Counted from the first letter of the stretch, positions 1-9,262 are shown. The stretch is 32,000 nt of DNA from Microcystis aeruginosa NIES-2549 (GCF_000981785.2 NZ_CP011304.1:3420001-3452000), one strand, 5' to 3'. Program-made: numbers and translations. The notes: generated from the letters alone by a model not told the origin.

Positions 1-6
1 AAGACC

Positions 7-315
7 ATGATTAAACCAGAATTATTTGACCTTGTGGAATTATTAGTTGACTTGCCTGAACATAACTTAATAATGGGAGAACAAGGGACAATTGTTGAAG
101 ACTACAATGATGGTTGTTACGAAATTGAATTTAGTAATGATCTAGGGGAAACTATAGCCCTTTGTTCTCTCCCAATGCAGCAATTTATTGTTATCTGGAA
201 AGCTCAGAACAAAACTTGGTTATCTTTAACAGAAAAGCTAACAGCTTTAATCGATAAATTACCCAAAGAAAAGCAACAAAAAGTTTTAGATTTCACCCGC
301 TCTTTGTATCAATAA
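7..315 (+). CDS. small hypothetical protein, DUF4926-like
   Basis: 102-aa ORF with an ATG start. The N-terminus MIKPELFDLVELLVDLPEHNL and the small size match my memory of the DUF4926 family. Not searched. Confidence 0.55.
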   Translation: MIKPELFDLVELLVDLPEHNLIMGEQGTIVEDYNDGCYEIEFSNDLGETIALCSLPMQQFIVIWKAQNKTWLSLTEKLTALIDKLPKEKQQKVLDFTRSLYQ

Positions 316-482
316 AATCGGAAAAAATAGGCTATTCCAGAATTGTTATGCAAATAATTAACTTAAAATAAAAGCTAAAATTCATATAGGGAAGGACTTA
401 AGGCACAAACAAGTTAAGGCCACAAAGATAGACAATAGAGTTAAGATTTGATATAATCGCCAAAAACGAGAGTATTTTACCT

Positions 483-793
483 ATGATAGTTGATAAATTT
501 TTGAACCTAAAAGGAACCTCTATTCAAGGCTATCGACACCTAGAAAATATCGGTATATTTTGACGAATTGAATCAAAAAATAAAAAAGCAACGGCTCGAC
601 TGAGCGTTCGACTGAGCTCACGCCGAAGTCTCGCCGAACGTCCTGTCCTCGTTGTGGGTTAGAGAGCGATAAACTACACCAAAATCATCGACATTTAGTC
701 AAAGATTTACCGCTCTCAGGCTAACCAGTGTACCTACAAGTTAATCGTCGTCAATTTAAGTACGTTAATTGTCAGAAACCCTTTAGCAAAGAG
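483..793 (+). pseudogene. ISL3-family transposase N-terminal remnant (frameshifted, in-frame stops, truncated)
   Basis: Translation gives MIVDKFLNLKGTSIQGYRHLENIGIF*, then in another frame from 644 CPRCGLESDKLHQNHRHLVKDLPLSG*PVYLQVNRRQFKYVNCQKPFSKELDFV. This is the zinc-finger/HTH N-terminus typical of ISL3 transposases. It has stops at about 561 and 721, and a GC-rich 50-nt insert at 591-643. Only about 100 codons remain. Confidence 0.6.
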
Positions 794-985
794 TTAGATT
801 TTGTCGCCAATGTCATCTAACCTGCTGCCTTTCGCTAACCATGAAAGTAAGCGAATTGCTTCTAGTGCATTACTTTTTCCTGACGCATTAGCACCGATTA
901 AAAAGGTGATGGGTGCTAGAGACAAGGTTGCCTCCTGATAGCTTTTGAAATTCCGAAGAGTCACCGATGTTAACATACTTTTCAC
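794..985 (-). pseudogene. truncated AAA/ABC-type ATPase (N-terminal 63 aa only, Walker A present)
   Basis: MKSMLTSVTLRNFKSYQEATLSLAPITFLIGANASGKSNALEAIRLLSWLAKG is the N-terminal P-loop module of AAA15/RecF-like ATPases. Such proteins are normally 350-600 aa. This ORF stops exactly where the ISL3 remnant ends. Confidence 0.55.
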
Positions 986-1230
986 CCATTAAATCTTGAC
1001 TGGTAGTGATTTTATTGTAGTGGTGATAGCTCATCTTAATAGTGAGGTAAGCTGTTGACTATCTAAATTACTCGTTAAGATTGGATGGGAGAAGGGTGAA
1101 GGAGTTCGAGCATTTGTGGTAAAACTCGCAATACGCAGTTAAATGCAGTACAGCTTACGACTGCTTATTATACTAAATCTGGTTATTAAAGACTGATTAT
1201 TTATTCCCCTTTTTGCATGAGTGCATGAGT

Positions 1231-1263
1231 AGAAAACGGGTTTCTCCGAGAAACCCGTTTTCT
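1231..1263 (-). terminator. perfect 15-bp hairpin, second terminator downstream of rbcS
   Basis: agaaaacgggtttct / ccg / agaaacccgttttct forms a 15-bp stem with a 3-nt loop. Confidence 0.5.
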
Positions 1264-1266
1264 ATC

Positions 1267-1294
1267 AAAAAAAAGGGAGGTTTAAGAACCCCCC
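1267..1294 (-). terminator. intrinsic terminator of rbcLXS
   Basis: On the minus strand, GGGGGGTT-CTTA-AACCTCCC (8-bp stem with one G.U pair) is followed by T8. It sits 31 nt after the rbcS stop. Confidence 0.7.
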
Positions 1295-1324
1295 TCAACA
1301 GTTAATAATTAGATGACAACCAAA

Positions 1325-1660
1325 TTAGTAGCGGCCGGCATTGGGTTTATGAACAATAAAGCTCATGGTTTGACATTGTTTGATGTTGTCAAAAGCGATA
1401 ACGCGGATGTAGCAATCAGAATATTCAGTGCGGCACTCGCGAACTTCATTAAGAACTTCTTGGGGGCCAGAAACAGAGAATAAAGGCAGTTTCCACATCG
1501 TCCAATGATAATCTGCGGGTTTGGGATCTTTTTCAAATTCCACAGCAGGAATATAACCCTGATCGATCATGTATTGAATTTGTTTAGCAATTTGTTGATC
1601 GGTGAGGGGGGGCAAGTAGGAAAGAGTTTCGTAACGCTTCTCTTTAGGTAAAGTTTTCAT
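1325..1660 (-). CDS. rbcS: RuBisCO small subunit
   Basis: 111 aa. [24 protein letters not shown]...[14 protein letters not shown] is a canonical form IB RbcS, located downstream of rbcL-rbcX. Confidence 0.97.
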   Translation of the reverse strand: MKTLPKEKRYETLSYLPPLTDQQIAKQIQYMIDQGYIPAVEFEKDPKPADYHWTMWKLPLFSVSGPQEVLNEVRECRTEYSDCYIRVIAFDNIKQCQTMSFIVHKPNAGRY

Positions 1661-1675
1661 GGGTTTCTTGATTCC

Positions 1676-2074
1676 TTATGGGTTGGGTAGATCATCAACA
1701 TCGAGATTTAATTCCGATGTCTCTGGTTGACTTATAGCAGTACGGGTGAGACGTTCCAAAAGTTGCCGACGATGTTCGGTATTGTCATTAATAATTCCCG
1801 TTTTTACCATCTCTGGCAAGAACTCTAAAACCTGTTCGGCTAGATGTTCTCTTACCGTCATGATCCGCAAAACTAACTCTTTATTCTCAGTCATTAACCC
1901 CGCAATATAGGCCTCGCCATCCTGAATGGAATGGCTAGAAGTATAGTGACTCAGCCAAATAGCCAAAGTGGGATTAGTTTCTGACAATTGATCGATAATC
2001 GTGCGAACCGCTTGGTAAGTTAGGTAACTTTGTAAGACTTTCGCGGTATCTTGAACAACTTTTTTCGGATACAT
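1676..2074 (-). CDS. rbcX: RuBisCO assembly chaperone RbcX
   Basis: 132 aa. TAKVLQSYLTYQAVRTIIDQL is the conserved RbcX helix, and the gene sits between rbcL and rbcS. Confidence 0.9.
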   Translation of the reverse strand: MYPKKVVQDTAKVLQSYLTYQAVRTIIDQLSETNPTLAIWLSHYTSSHSIQDGEAYIAGLMTENKELVLRIMTVREHLAEQVLEFLPEMVKTGIINDNTEHRRQLLERLTRTAISQPETSELNLDVDDLPNP

Positions 2075-2204
2075 TTTATACAGTTTTCAGTTATTGGCTA
2101 GACAGTTATCAGTGTTGAAATTCTAGCGACTGCTTGCCGATTTTGGGCAAGTCCCCAGCATTATTTTGCACCGATAACTGCTAACAACCTTCTGAAGGGC
2201 TGTA

Positions 2205-3620
2205 TTAGAGGGTATCCATAGCCTCGAACTCGAATTTGATTTCTTTCCAGAGTTCGCAAGCGGCAGCCAGTTCAGGACTCCAACGGCAAGCTTCCCGGAT
2301 AACGTCGTTACCTTCGCGGGCTAAGGAGCGTCCTTCGTTACGAGCTTGGATACAAGCTTCCAGAGCCACACGGTTAGCGGTGGCACCCGGTGCGTTACCC
2401 CAGGGGTGGCCGAGGGTTCCACCACCGAACTGTAAGCAGGAATCGTCACCGAAGATTTCCACCAGCGCCGGCATATGCCAAACGTGGATACCACCGGAAG
2501 CAACCGGCATTACCCCGGGTAAGGAGGCGTAGTCTTGGGTGAAGAAAATACCACGAGCGCGATCTTCTTCTACATAGTCTTCACGCATCAGGTCAACAAA
2601 ACCCATCGTGATGCCGCGTTCACCTTCGAGTTTACCGACAACGGTTCCCGAGTGCAGGTGATCACCACCGGACAGACGTAAGCACTTAGCTAAAACGCGG
2701 AAGTGGATACCATGATTTTTCTGACGGTCGATAACCGCGTGCATTGCCCGGTGAATGTGGAGCAGTAACCCTTTGTCGCGGCAGAATTTAGCCAGGGTGG
2801 TGTTAGCGGTGAAACCACCGGTGAGGTAGTCGTGCATGATGATCGGGGTTTTGATTTCGGCAGCGAATTCAGCCCGTTGCATCATCTGCTCGCAGGTAGG
2901 AGCGGTTACGTTGAGGTAATGTCCTTTAACTTCGTTGGTTTCTGCTTGGGATTTAGCGATCGCCTCTTGGACAAAGAGGAAACGATCGCGCCAACGCATG
3001 AAGGGTTGAGAGTTAATATTTTCGTCATCTTTGGTGAAGTCTAAACCACCGCGGAGACATTCATAAACGGCACGACCGTAGTTTTTAGCGGAAAGGCCGA
3101 GTTTGGGTTTGATGGTGCAACCGAGTAAGGGGCGACCGTATTTGTTTAATTTGTCCCGTTCAACGGTGATACCGTGGGGAGGACCTTGGAAGGTTTTGAT
3201 TAAAGCGACGGGGAAACGGATATCTTCTAAACGGAGACCGCGTAGAGCTTTGAAACCGAAAACGTTACCAACGATCGAGGTGAGGATGTTGGTGACGGAA
3301 CCTTCTTCAAATAGATCTAAAGGATAGGCAACGAAACAGAAGAACTGGTTATCTTCGTTGGGTACGGGTTCGATATCATAACAACGACCTTTATAGCGAT
3401 CGAGGTCGGTTAAGTTATCGGTCCAAACGGTGGTCCAGGTACCTGTGGAAGATTCCGCCGCTACTGCCGCACCTGCTTCTTCCGGAGGAACTCCTGGTTG
3501 GGGTGTTACCCGGAAGCAAGCTAGTAGATCGGTATCTTTGGGGGTGTAGTCGGGGGTGTAGTAGGTCAGGCGGTAGTCTTTTACGCCGGCCTGGAAACCT
3601 TTGGATTTGGCTTGCACCAT
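2205..3620 (-). CDS. rbcL: RuBisCO large subunit, form IB
   Basis: 471 aa. [27 protein letters not shown] and the C-terminal EIKFEF are all present. A GGAGGA SD lies 8 nt upstream of the ATG. Confidence 0.99.
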   Translation of the reverse strand: MVQAKSKGFQAGVKDYRLTYYTPDYTPKDTDLLACFRVTPQPGVPPEEAGAAVAAESSTGTWTTVWTDNLTDLDRYKGRCYDIEPVPNEDNQFFCFVAYPLDLFEEGSVTNILTSIVGNVFGFKALRGLRLEDIRFPVALIKTFQGPPHGITVERDKLNKYGRPLLGCTIKPKLGLSAKNYGRAVYECLRGGLDFTKDDENINSQPFMRWRDRFLFVQEAIAKSQAETNEVKGHYLNVTAPTCEQMMQRAEFAAEIKTPIIMHDYLTGGFTANTTLAKFCRDKGLLLHIHRAMHAVIDRQKNHGIHFRVLAKCLRLSGGDHLHSGTVVGKLEGERGITMGFVDLMREDYVEEDRARGIFFTQDYASLPGVMPVASGGIHVWHMPALVEIFGDDSCLQFGGGTLGHPWGNAPGATANRVALEACIQARNEGRSLAREGNDVIREACRWSPELAAACELWKEIKFEFEAMDTL

Positions 3621-3899
3621 TGGGATTATTCCTCCATAAACTGCATGATTAGTCGCACCTGTAAAATCTCGCCGTCAACCGACATAGATTTTTCTTAAGC
3701 TCCTGTCCCCTGCTGCTAGGAGCGAAGTTAGGGAGCAATTTTCACTAATGTTTTTTTCAACTGATCATCTTAACACGAACTTTATCCTATTCTGATCATT
3801 TTTTTTCTCTATCCCTAAAATTTTGATTGTTTTTTTTTCTCGGGGGGATTAGTTTCTTTAATCTGTCGTCATCTAACTTTGACAATCTCTACAAAAACA

Positions 3900-3955
3900 C
3901 AAAAAAATCAACAAAAATTTACCTGATTGACACGCAGAAACTTCTGCTCATCAGG
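3900..3955 (-). terminator. hairpin plus T-rich tail: probable terminator of the ccm operon (alternatively a regulator binding palindrome)
   Basis: CCTGAT-tgacac-GCAGAA-ac-TTCTGC-tc-ATCAGG spans 3922-3955. On the minus strand it is followed by gtaaatttttgttgatttttttgtg. It lies 215 nt after the ccmN stop. Confidence 0.45.
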
Positions 3956-4170
3956 CTTTGAGCGATTAAAACTACCCTTTAATTGAGGAAGATTATCAAT
4001 AATTACAACCTCAAAAAATGTCGGCAATCGCTAAATATTAACAGGATTTCTAAGCAATTATACTTAGTACCTAGAGGACAGTTAGACAGCCGTGAACTCT
4101 AGATAAATTAGGTGTAATTACTTAGTAATTATTGTTGAGATTTTTGGCTTGTGAACGATTATTTTCCCCT

Positions 4171-4833
4171 TCAAGAATTATGGTTATTGTTGCCATTAAA
4201 ACGATGACGTTCTGGAAATAGCGTGACCAATAACTGATTGATATAGACCTTTCCGACCACCGATGCTTGATTCGGTCGGTTAGTAGTAGATGCTGGTTCT
4301 CTGGTTTCCGCGGGACTGGCCTCGGCCACCGTTTCCTCGGCATCCCAAGGACTGGCCACGGTTTCGGCGACCACTTCCTCCATGGACGGGACTGGGGACA
4401 CTTGACTGACTACGGGTTGCGGTTCCGGTAAAGGGGGTCTTTCCGGTTCCGATGGGGTCGCTGACACCTCGATGGTAATTTGACGGGAAGTATCTCCGAT
4501 CAGGGAGCCAGACGGTACGAGCGACATCGCAGCCACAGAAGCATTAAAAATCGTTGTGGTTGACCCGATACAGGCATTTTCACCGATTTCACCCTGACCG
4601 ACTATTAGAACCCCTGTACCTAAAATTGCTCCTGCACCGATAGTAATCACACCCTGATAGGCGGTTAAAATTGTTCCCATACCCAGGCAAGCACCCGCAC
4701 CGATAATTATTTGGCTATTGGGGGCTGCTCGGAGAATCACCCCCGGAGCCACGATCGCACTCTCATGAATGGTGACATCACCATTGACATAGAATTCCGA
4801 GCGGCTAATAGGTTGAACGGGGGGTAAGGACAT
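4171..4833 (-). CDS. ccmN: carboxysome assembly protein CcmN
   Basis: 220 aa. It has an N-terminal left-handed beta-helix (hexapeptide) region, a Pro-rich linker and a C-terminal amphipathic VYINQLLVTLFP peptide (encapsulation-peptide type). It lies directly after ccmM. Confidence 0.88.
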   Translation of the reverse strand: MSLPPVQPISRSEFYVNGDVTIHESAIVAPGVILRAAPNSQIIIGAGACLGMGTILTAYQGVITIGAGAILGTGVLIVGQGEIGENACIGSTTTIFNASVAAMSLVPSGSLIGDTSRQITIEVSATPSEPERPPLPEPQPVVSQVSPVPSMEEVVAETVASPWDAEETVAEASPAETREPASTTNRPNQASVVGKVYINQLLVTLFPERHRFNGNNNHNS

Positions 4834-4839
4834 AATTGA

Positions 4840-4901
4840 CAGTTACTCAGTGATCAGTGATCAGTGAGCGGGGGTTAGGGGGTAGGGGTTAGAGTTTCGG
4901 G
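4840..4901. repeat. heptamer array (CAGTTAC/TCAGTGA x4) followed by G-run block GGGGGTTAGGGGGTAGGGGTTAG
   Basis: Read directly from the sequence. It lies inside the 131-nt ccmM-ccmN spacer. Confidence 0.85.
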
Positions 4902-4964
4902 TATTTTTCCCGATCCGCCAACACCTAACACCTATCTCCCTTCACCGATCGCCGAGTCCTGAAA

Positions 4965-6923
4965 TTAAGGGCGTTGAATAATCGATTCGAGAACACGGCG
5001 TTTCGCTTGGGAGTCAATCCCGATCAGACGAACGTATTCCCCTTGATGGTCGCGCAGACAGGTTTCTAAAGCGGCCACCACATCGGATTCGCGACTGCTC
5101 TCGATCGGGGTGCAGCTTTGCCAAGAACTGGTTTTAAAACGACGTTTATCCGCGTGTTCGGCCCCGATTTTGTGACCTTGGTTCAACAAAGAACGAATTT
5201 GAGTGATCGTTTCCGCCGTTAAGGTACTGGTTAAAGTGGCAGTACCACCGCCGGAGGAACCGGAAGCAGAGCTTTTGAAACTCGGTTCAGCAACGGTGGC
5301 GGTTTTACTGTTGCCATTACTACTCACCGAACCATCGGGACGCTGGATCACCGTTTCTAAAACCCGTTTTTTGGCCTTAGCATCGATACCGAGTAAGCGG
5401 ACGTATTCGCCGCTATGTTCGCGTAAACAATCTTCCAAAGCAGTAATTACATCGGATTCGCGATTGCTTTCGATCGGGGCGCAACTCTGCCAAGAACTGG
5501 TTTTAAACCGGCGTTTATCCGCGTGTTCGGTGCCGATTTTGTAGCCTTGGGCGAGCAGGGAACGAATTTGAGCGATCGTTTCCCCACTTAAGCTACCACT
5601 GCTGCTATGACTGGCTCCGTTACTAGCGGGGGCGCTGTAGCTGCTGGCTTTGCCGCTGCCGTTACTAGCGGGGGTGCCGCCGGGGCGGTGAATAATCATT
5701 TCGACGACCCGTTTTTTCGCTTGCGGGTCGATCCCGATCAGGCGAACGTACTCATCGCTATTTTCAGTCACGATCGCTTCAATATCGCGAATGATGCCCG
5801 CTTCGCTCTTGGTTTCGATCGCAGGTCCGGTTAACCAAGAACTGGTTTTAAACCGGCGTTTATCCGCGTGTTCGGTGGCAATTTTCAGTCCTTGGGCCAG
5901 CAGGGAACGCACTTGTACGGACAGGTCGGAATGGCCGTTACCGTTGCCATGACCGCCGTGGACGGCGGTGGTGGTGCGGGCCGGTTCTCCCGGGGTGTCT
6001 TCGGGGCGTTGGATAATCATTTCCAGTATGCGCCGTTTAGCGGCGGGATCGACTCCGATCAGGCGGACGTATTCGCCTTGCAGGTCTCTGAGGGAGGCTT
6101 CTAGGGATTGGGATACCTGTTCTTCGCGGCCGCCGTCGATAAAGCCGGCACTTAACCAAGAACTGGTTTTAAAGCGGCGTTTGTCAGCGTATTCGATGCC
6201 GATCTTGTAGCCTTGGGAGAGGAGGGAGCGAACCTGCGCTCGAATGTTTGTATTTAAACTCATAGGTGTCACCGAATTTCTATATAGCGTCTCATTAGCG
6301 ATGTTTATAGCGGCTGCCGGTGGAGGAGTCGCTGGGCTGTGGGCTTTGACCGGGACGCTGGGGGCGAGGTCGATATCGACAATGTGACGAGTGAAGGCTC
6401 GATCGATTTCTGTGACATCGGGTAAGCGGTCGGCCTGTTGTTGGCTGGTGATCACGGAACCAGATGGCACGAATTTACCGGCGGGGATTTCCACGTCTTG
6501 AACGAGGGCGTGCATCATGACGATGCAATCGGCCCCGATGCGGGCATTAAAGACGGTGGAGCGAAAACCGATAAAACAGCGATCGCCCACATAGGCAGGC
6601 CCGTGAATGAGTGCCATGTGGGTGATGCAGCTGCCCCGGCCGATCCACACCGAATATTCTCGGCCGTCATCTCCCACCACACGGCTTTTTTCTAAACCGT
6701 GGATGATTGCTCCGTCCTGAATTTTGCTGTCGTCGCCAATGTGAAAGGGGGTTCCTTCATCGGCGCGGATGGAAGTCCCCGGAGCAATCACCACTCGCGC
6801 CCCGATCTCGATAGCACCACTGAGGTTAGAGAAGGTGTGGACTTTGGCACTCTCGTCTATGCGCGTTTCCTCTGGGGATTTGGTCCGCTTTTTCGGACTA
6901 GCCGCCGTTGTGCGGACGACCAT
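4965..6923 (-). CDS. ccmM: carboxysome scaffold CcmM: gamma-carbonic-anhydrase-like domain plus four RbcS-like (SSUL) modules
   Basis: 652 aa. The N-terminal hexapeptide/gamma-CA fold covers aa 20-200. There are four repeats of [VI][25 protein letters not shown]...EYVRLIGID...RP at aa 224-306, 333-414, 447-529 and 570-652. These correspond to nt 6006-6254, 5682-5927, 5337-5585 and 4968-5216. Confidence 0.95.
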   Translation of the reverse strand: MVVRTTAASPKKRTKSPEETRIDESAKVHTFSNLSGAIEIGARVVIAPGTSIRADEGTPFHIGDDSKIQDGAIIHGLEKSRVVGDDGREYSVWIGRGSCITHMALIHGPAYVGDRCFIGFRSTVFNARIGADCIVMMHALVQDVEIPAGKFVPSGSVITSQQQADRLPDVTEIDRAFTRHIVDIDLAPSVPVKAHSPATPPPAAAINIANETLYRNSVTPMSLNTNIRAQVRSLLSQGYKIGIEYADKRRFKTSSWLSAGFIDGGREEQVSQSLEASLRDLQGEYVRLIGVDPAAKRRILEMIIQRPEDTPGEPARTTTAVHGGHGNGNGHSDLSVQVRSLLAQGLKIATEHADKRRFKTSSWLTGPAIETKSEAGIIRDIEAIVTENSDEYVRLIGIDPQAKKRVVEMIIHRPGGTPASNGSGKASSYSAPASNGASHSSSGSLSGETIAQIRSLLAQGYKIGTEHADKRRFKTSSWQSCAPIESNRESDVITALEDCLREHSGEYVRLLGIDAKAKKRVLETVIQRPDGSVSSNGNSKTATVAEPSFKSSASGSSGGGTATLTSTLTAETITQIRSLLNQGHKIGAEHADKRRFKTSSWQSCTPIESSRESDVVAALETCLRDHQGEYVRLIGIDSQAKRRVLESIIQRP

Positions 6924-6993
6924 AGTTAGTCTTCCTCCATACTGAATTTGGCTGGCTGGTTGTTAATTAACTGTGTTTGGGTCCTATCGATTT

Positions 6994-7305
6994 CTAACCG
7001 GATTGACGAAATTCGTCTCTCTTGCTGTAGAGGGTGCGATTTTCTACGGTTATAGTGTCAATAATCCCCACCACCATCGCGTCAAGGGGGCGATTGTTCT
7101 GACCGTCTTCGATACGGGCGGCTCCTCCCCGGGACACTAGCACCCATTCATTAAGCCCCGCTCCGACAATATCACCCGCTACTTCGTATTTAGGCAAAAG
7201 TTGCCCTTGCGCGTCGATGAATTGCAAAAGCAGAAGTTTCACTCCCGTCATACTGCGCGGTTTCAGGGTGCTAACGACGGTTCCGCAAACTTTGGCAATT
7301 TGCAT
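6994..7305 (-). CDS. ccmL: carboxysome vertex pentamer protein CcmL
   Basis: 103 aa. MQIAKVCGTVVST...VLVSRGGAAR is the EutN/CcmL family signature. Confidence 0.93.
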   Translation of the reverse strand: MQIAKVCGTVVSTLKPRSMTGVKLLLLQFIDAQGQLLPKYEVAGDIVGAGLNEWVLVSRGGAARIEDGQNNRPLDAMVVGIIDTITVENRTLYSKRDEFRQSG

Positions 7306-7337
7306 GGAATTTGTTTACACTAAAAGTTAGTTGCGCT

Positions 7338-7679
7338 CTAGATTCGTCTTAAAGGTTGTGGGTTAACACTTTCACGAAACTGTTCCACGGCTTCTGTATA
7401 ACGAATGGGAAGAACGTATTCGAGGTTTTCGTGGGGACGGGCGATGATGTGGGTCGAGAGGACTTGACCACCTTTAACACGATTAGATGCCGCTTCTGTC
7501 CCCGCCGATACGGAAGCCTGTACCTCCGAAACGTCTCCCCGGACGATGACGGTGACGCGACCACTACCAATTTTTTCGTAACCTACTAGGGTTACGCGGG
7601 CGGCTTTTACCATGGCATCAGCCGCCTCGACTACGGCCGGGAAACCCAAGGTTTCCACCATGCCCACTGCAATTGACAT
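7338..7679 (-). CDS. ccmK1: carboxysome shell hexamer CcmK (longer paralog, 113 aa)
   Basis: A BMC domain starts [30 protein letters not shown] start it at ATG 7679, which has an AGGAG SD 9 nt upstream, not at the track start 7739. The K1 versus K2 naming follows the Synechocystis ccmK2-ccmK1 order and the C-terminal extension. Confidence 0.9.
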   Translation of the reverse strand: MSIAVGMVETLGFPAVVEAADAMVKAARVTLVGYEKIGSGRVTVIVRGDVSEVQASVSAGTEAASNRVKGGQVLSTHIIARPHENLEYVLPIRYTEAVEQFRESVNPQPLRRI

Positions 7680-7745
7680 AATATTTTTGTCTCCTAATGG
7701 TTGGCTTTCTTCGACTCTATAGATGCTGACCCCGATCAACGGTGT

Positions 7746-8057
<312 letters not shown>

Positions 8058-8515
8058 TTTTTTGTTCCTCGCTTGTCAAGCCAAACTAAACTATTAATTT
8101 CGTTAGCGTTATCAACTTTGTTTCAGTCAAATTCTTTCCTTGTTACTTTTCCTGCTCTAGCTTTGGTGGCAGTCGGGATCGTGGCAAGGTGGGTAAGACC
8201 ATCCTGAATTTTATCTCGATCGTGACCGTTTTCATCCACTAATTTTATTTTCTAGGGCTGGTTGGTAAAAATTTGACGAGTCAGGCAAAATTATCAACCT
8301 AAAAAAAGCATAGGAAACTATGACACCTTTGACAATATAAAACATTATGATTATTTCTCATCTTCAGGTTAACGAAAGTTAATCATTCCTTCCTTTCGCC
8401 CATCAGCCTCAGCAATTATCGGGAGATTTACATCGAAAACCCTTGCTAAGAGCGGATTTTCGCTTTAACTTCTCTCTTGGCGGCTTGCTTGTCTTTGCCA
8501 GATTTATTGGCAGAT

Positions 8516-8548
8516 AAAAGCCTATTTTTCGCTGATTTAGGCTTTTTT
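8516..8548. terminator. A-run/hairpin/T-run (bidirectional-type terminator) between the Nif11-like gene and the ccm promoter region
   Basis: aaAAGCCTA-13 nt loop-TAGGCTTtttt forms a 7-9 bp stem flanked by an A-run and a T-run. Confidence 0.4.
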
Positions 8549-8604
8549 ATAATTTTTTTATACTATATACGGCTGGGTTTGGGAAGAGGGATGAGGGGAG
8601 TGGG

Positions 8605-8638
8605 AATTATAAATTATAAATTATGAATTATGAATTGG
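8605..8638. repeat. heptamer array AATTATA x2, AATTATG x2, AATTGG
   Basis: Direct reading. The array resumes at 8703 (atgaattgggg) after the inserted element. Confidence 0.85.
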
Positions 8639-8702
8639 AAGCATCCCAATTTTGCCATAAGCAATTGTACTTAGATGCGAAATGCTTAGTGGGATGCTCC
8701 CT
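8639..8702. mobile_element. about 64-nt MITE-like palindromic insert
   Basis: The terminal inverted repeats are GGAAGCATCCCA (8637-8648) and TGGGATGCTCCC (8690-8701), matching 11 of 12. There is an internal hairpin TAAGCA...TGCTTA. It is flanked by atgaattgg at 8630-8638 and at 8703-8711. Confidence 0.55.
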
Positions 8703-8788
8703 ATGAATTGGGGAGAGGGGGAGCCTTTTTCAGTGTTGCCAAAGGCACGGCGTAGCCGTCCAGTAAACAGTGAAGTGAAAACTCACAT

Positions 8789-8823
8789 CTGATCGCTGAT
8801 CACTGGTAACTGATGACTGATTC
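8789..8823. repeat. heptamer array CTGATCG/CTGATCA/CTGGTAA/CTGATGA/CTGATTC
   Basis: Five units in 7-nt register. The array touches the stop codon of the Nif11-like gene. Confidence 0.8.
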
Positions 8824-9107
8824 TAGCGATCGATCTCGCCTTCGTAGGGTTGAACACCGATCGAGGGATAATTATCGTGGTTAGGGCTGAAAACTTCTAA
8901 CACTGCATGAGCTAACTTTTGGAAAAAGTCGGGACTCTCGTGCAAGGATTTAAGTGCCGCTTCTAATTCAGGACGGGAGAAATCGAAGCCTTGGGAGCGA
9001 GCTATCTCTAGTAATTGCTGAGGATCTTGGGTTGAGCGCATTTTTTGACCCAATTCTTCGTTTTTAGCGGCTAAGGCGAAGAAGTCGAACACTTGATTTT
9101 TAGACAT
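8823..9107 (-). CDS. Nif11-domain small protein
   Basis: 94 aa. MSKNQVFDFFALAAKNEELGQKMRSTQDPQQLLEIARSQGFDFSRPEL matches the Nif11 N-terminal domain pattern. The C-terminal 45 aa has no Cys and no GG cleavage motif. Confidence 0.6.
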   Translation of the reverse strand: MSKNQVFDFFALAAKNEELGQKMRSTQDPQQLLEIARSQGFDFSRPELEAALKSLHESPDFFQKLAHAVLEVFSPNHDNYPSIGVQPYEGEIDR

Positions 9108-9262
9108 ATAAATACTTTTCCTTTGATGATTAAAGGTGTGGCCTCGGCGGCGTGGAGGTTAAACTGCCTAGTTATGGTTTATTTTTATCCTACCAGTCAG
9201 GAGATATCCTCAAAGCAAAAGTTTCGTTTTTCTTTGCTTGTATAGCTGAGTATGCTTTTTCT

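Noticed and set aside
2236-3327. Track ORFs 2236-2532(+), 2321-2503(-), 2832-3044(+) and 3103-3327(+) inside rbcL.
   Set aside because: They are antisense or out-of-frame ORFs within a near-certain, highly conserved rbcL. Their low-complexity translations are typical of shadow ORFs.
4122-4343. 73-aa ORF overlapping the ccmN 3' end.
   Set aside because: It is in a different frame of the same strand across the Pro-rich linker, with no SD and no recognisable domain. It is a shadow ORF.
5203-6929. Six plus-strand ORFs opposite ccmM (5203, 5607, 5868, 5968, 6438, 6699).
   Set aside because: They are antisense to a well-supported repetitive, GC-rich gene. The repeated antisense ORFs simply mirror the SSUL repeats.
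7349-7739. The 20-codon N-terminal extension of ccmK1 (7680-7739) and ORFs 7349-7570(-) and 7356-7589(+).
   Set aside because: The BMC domain starts at MSIAVGM with its own AGGAG SD, and the extension has no counterpart in CcmK proteins. The others are shadow ORFs.
8823-9107. The Nif11-like protein as a RiPP (prochlorosin or lanthipeptide type) precursor.
   Set aside because: The core has no Cys, Ser or Thr enrichment and no GG/GA leader cleavage site. There is no LanM, cyclodehydratase or peptidase-domain ABC transporter nearby.
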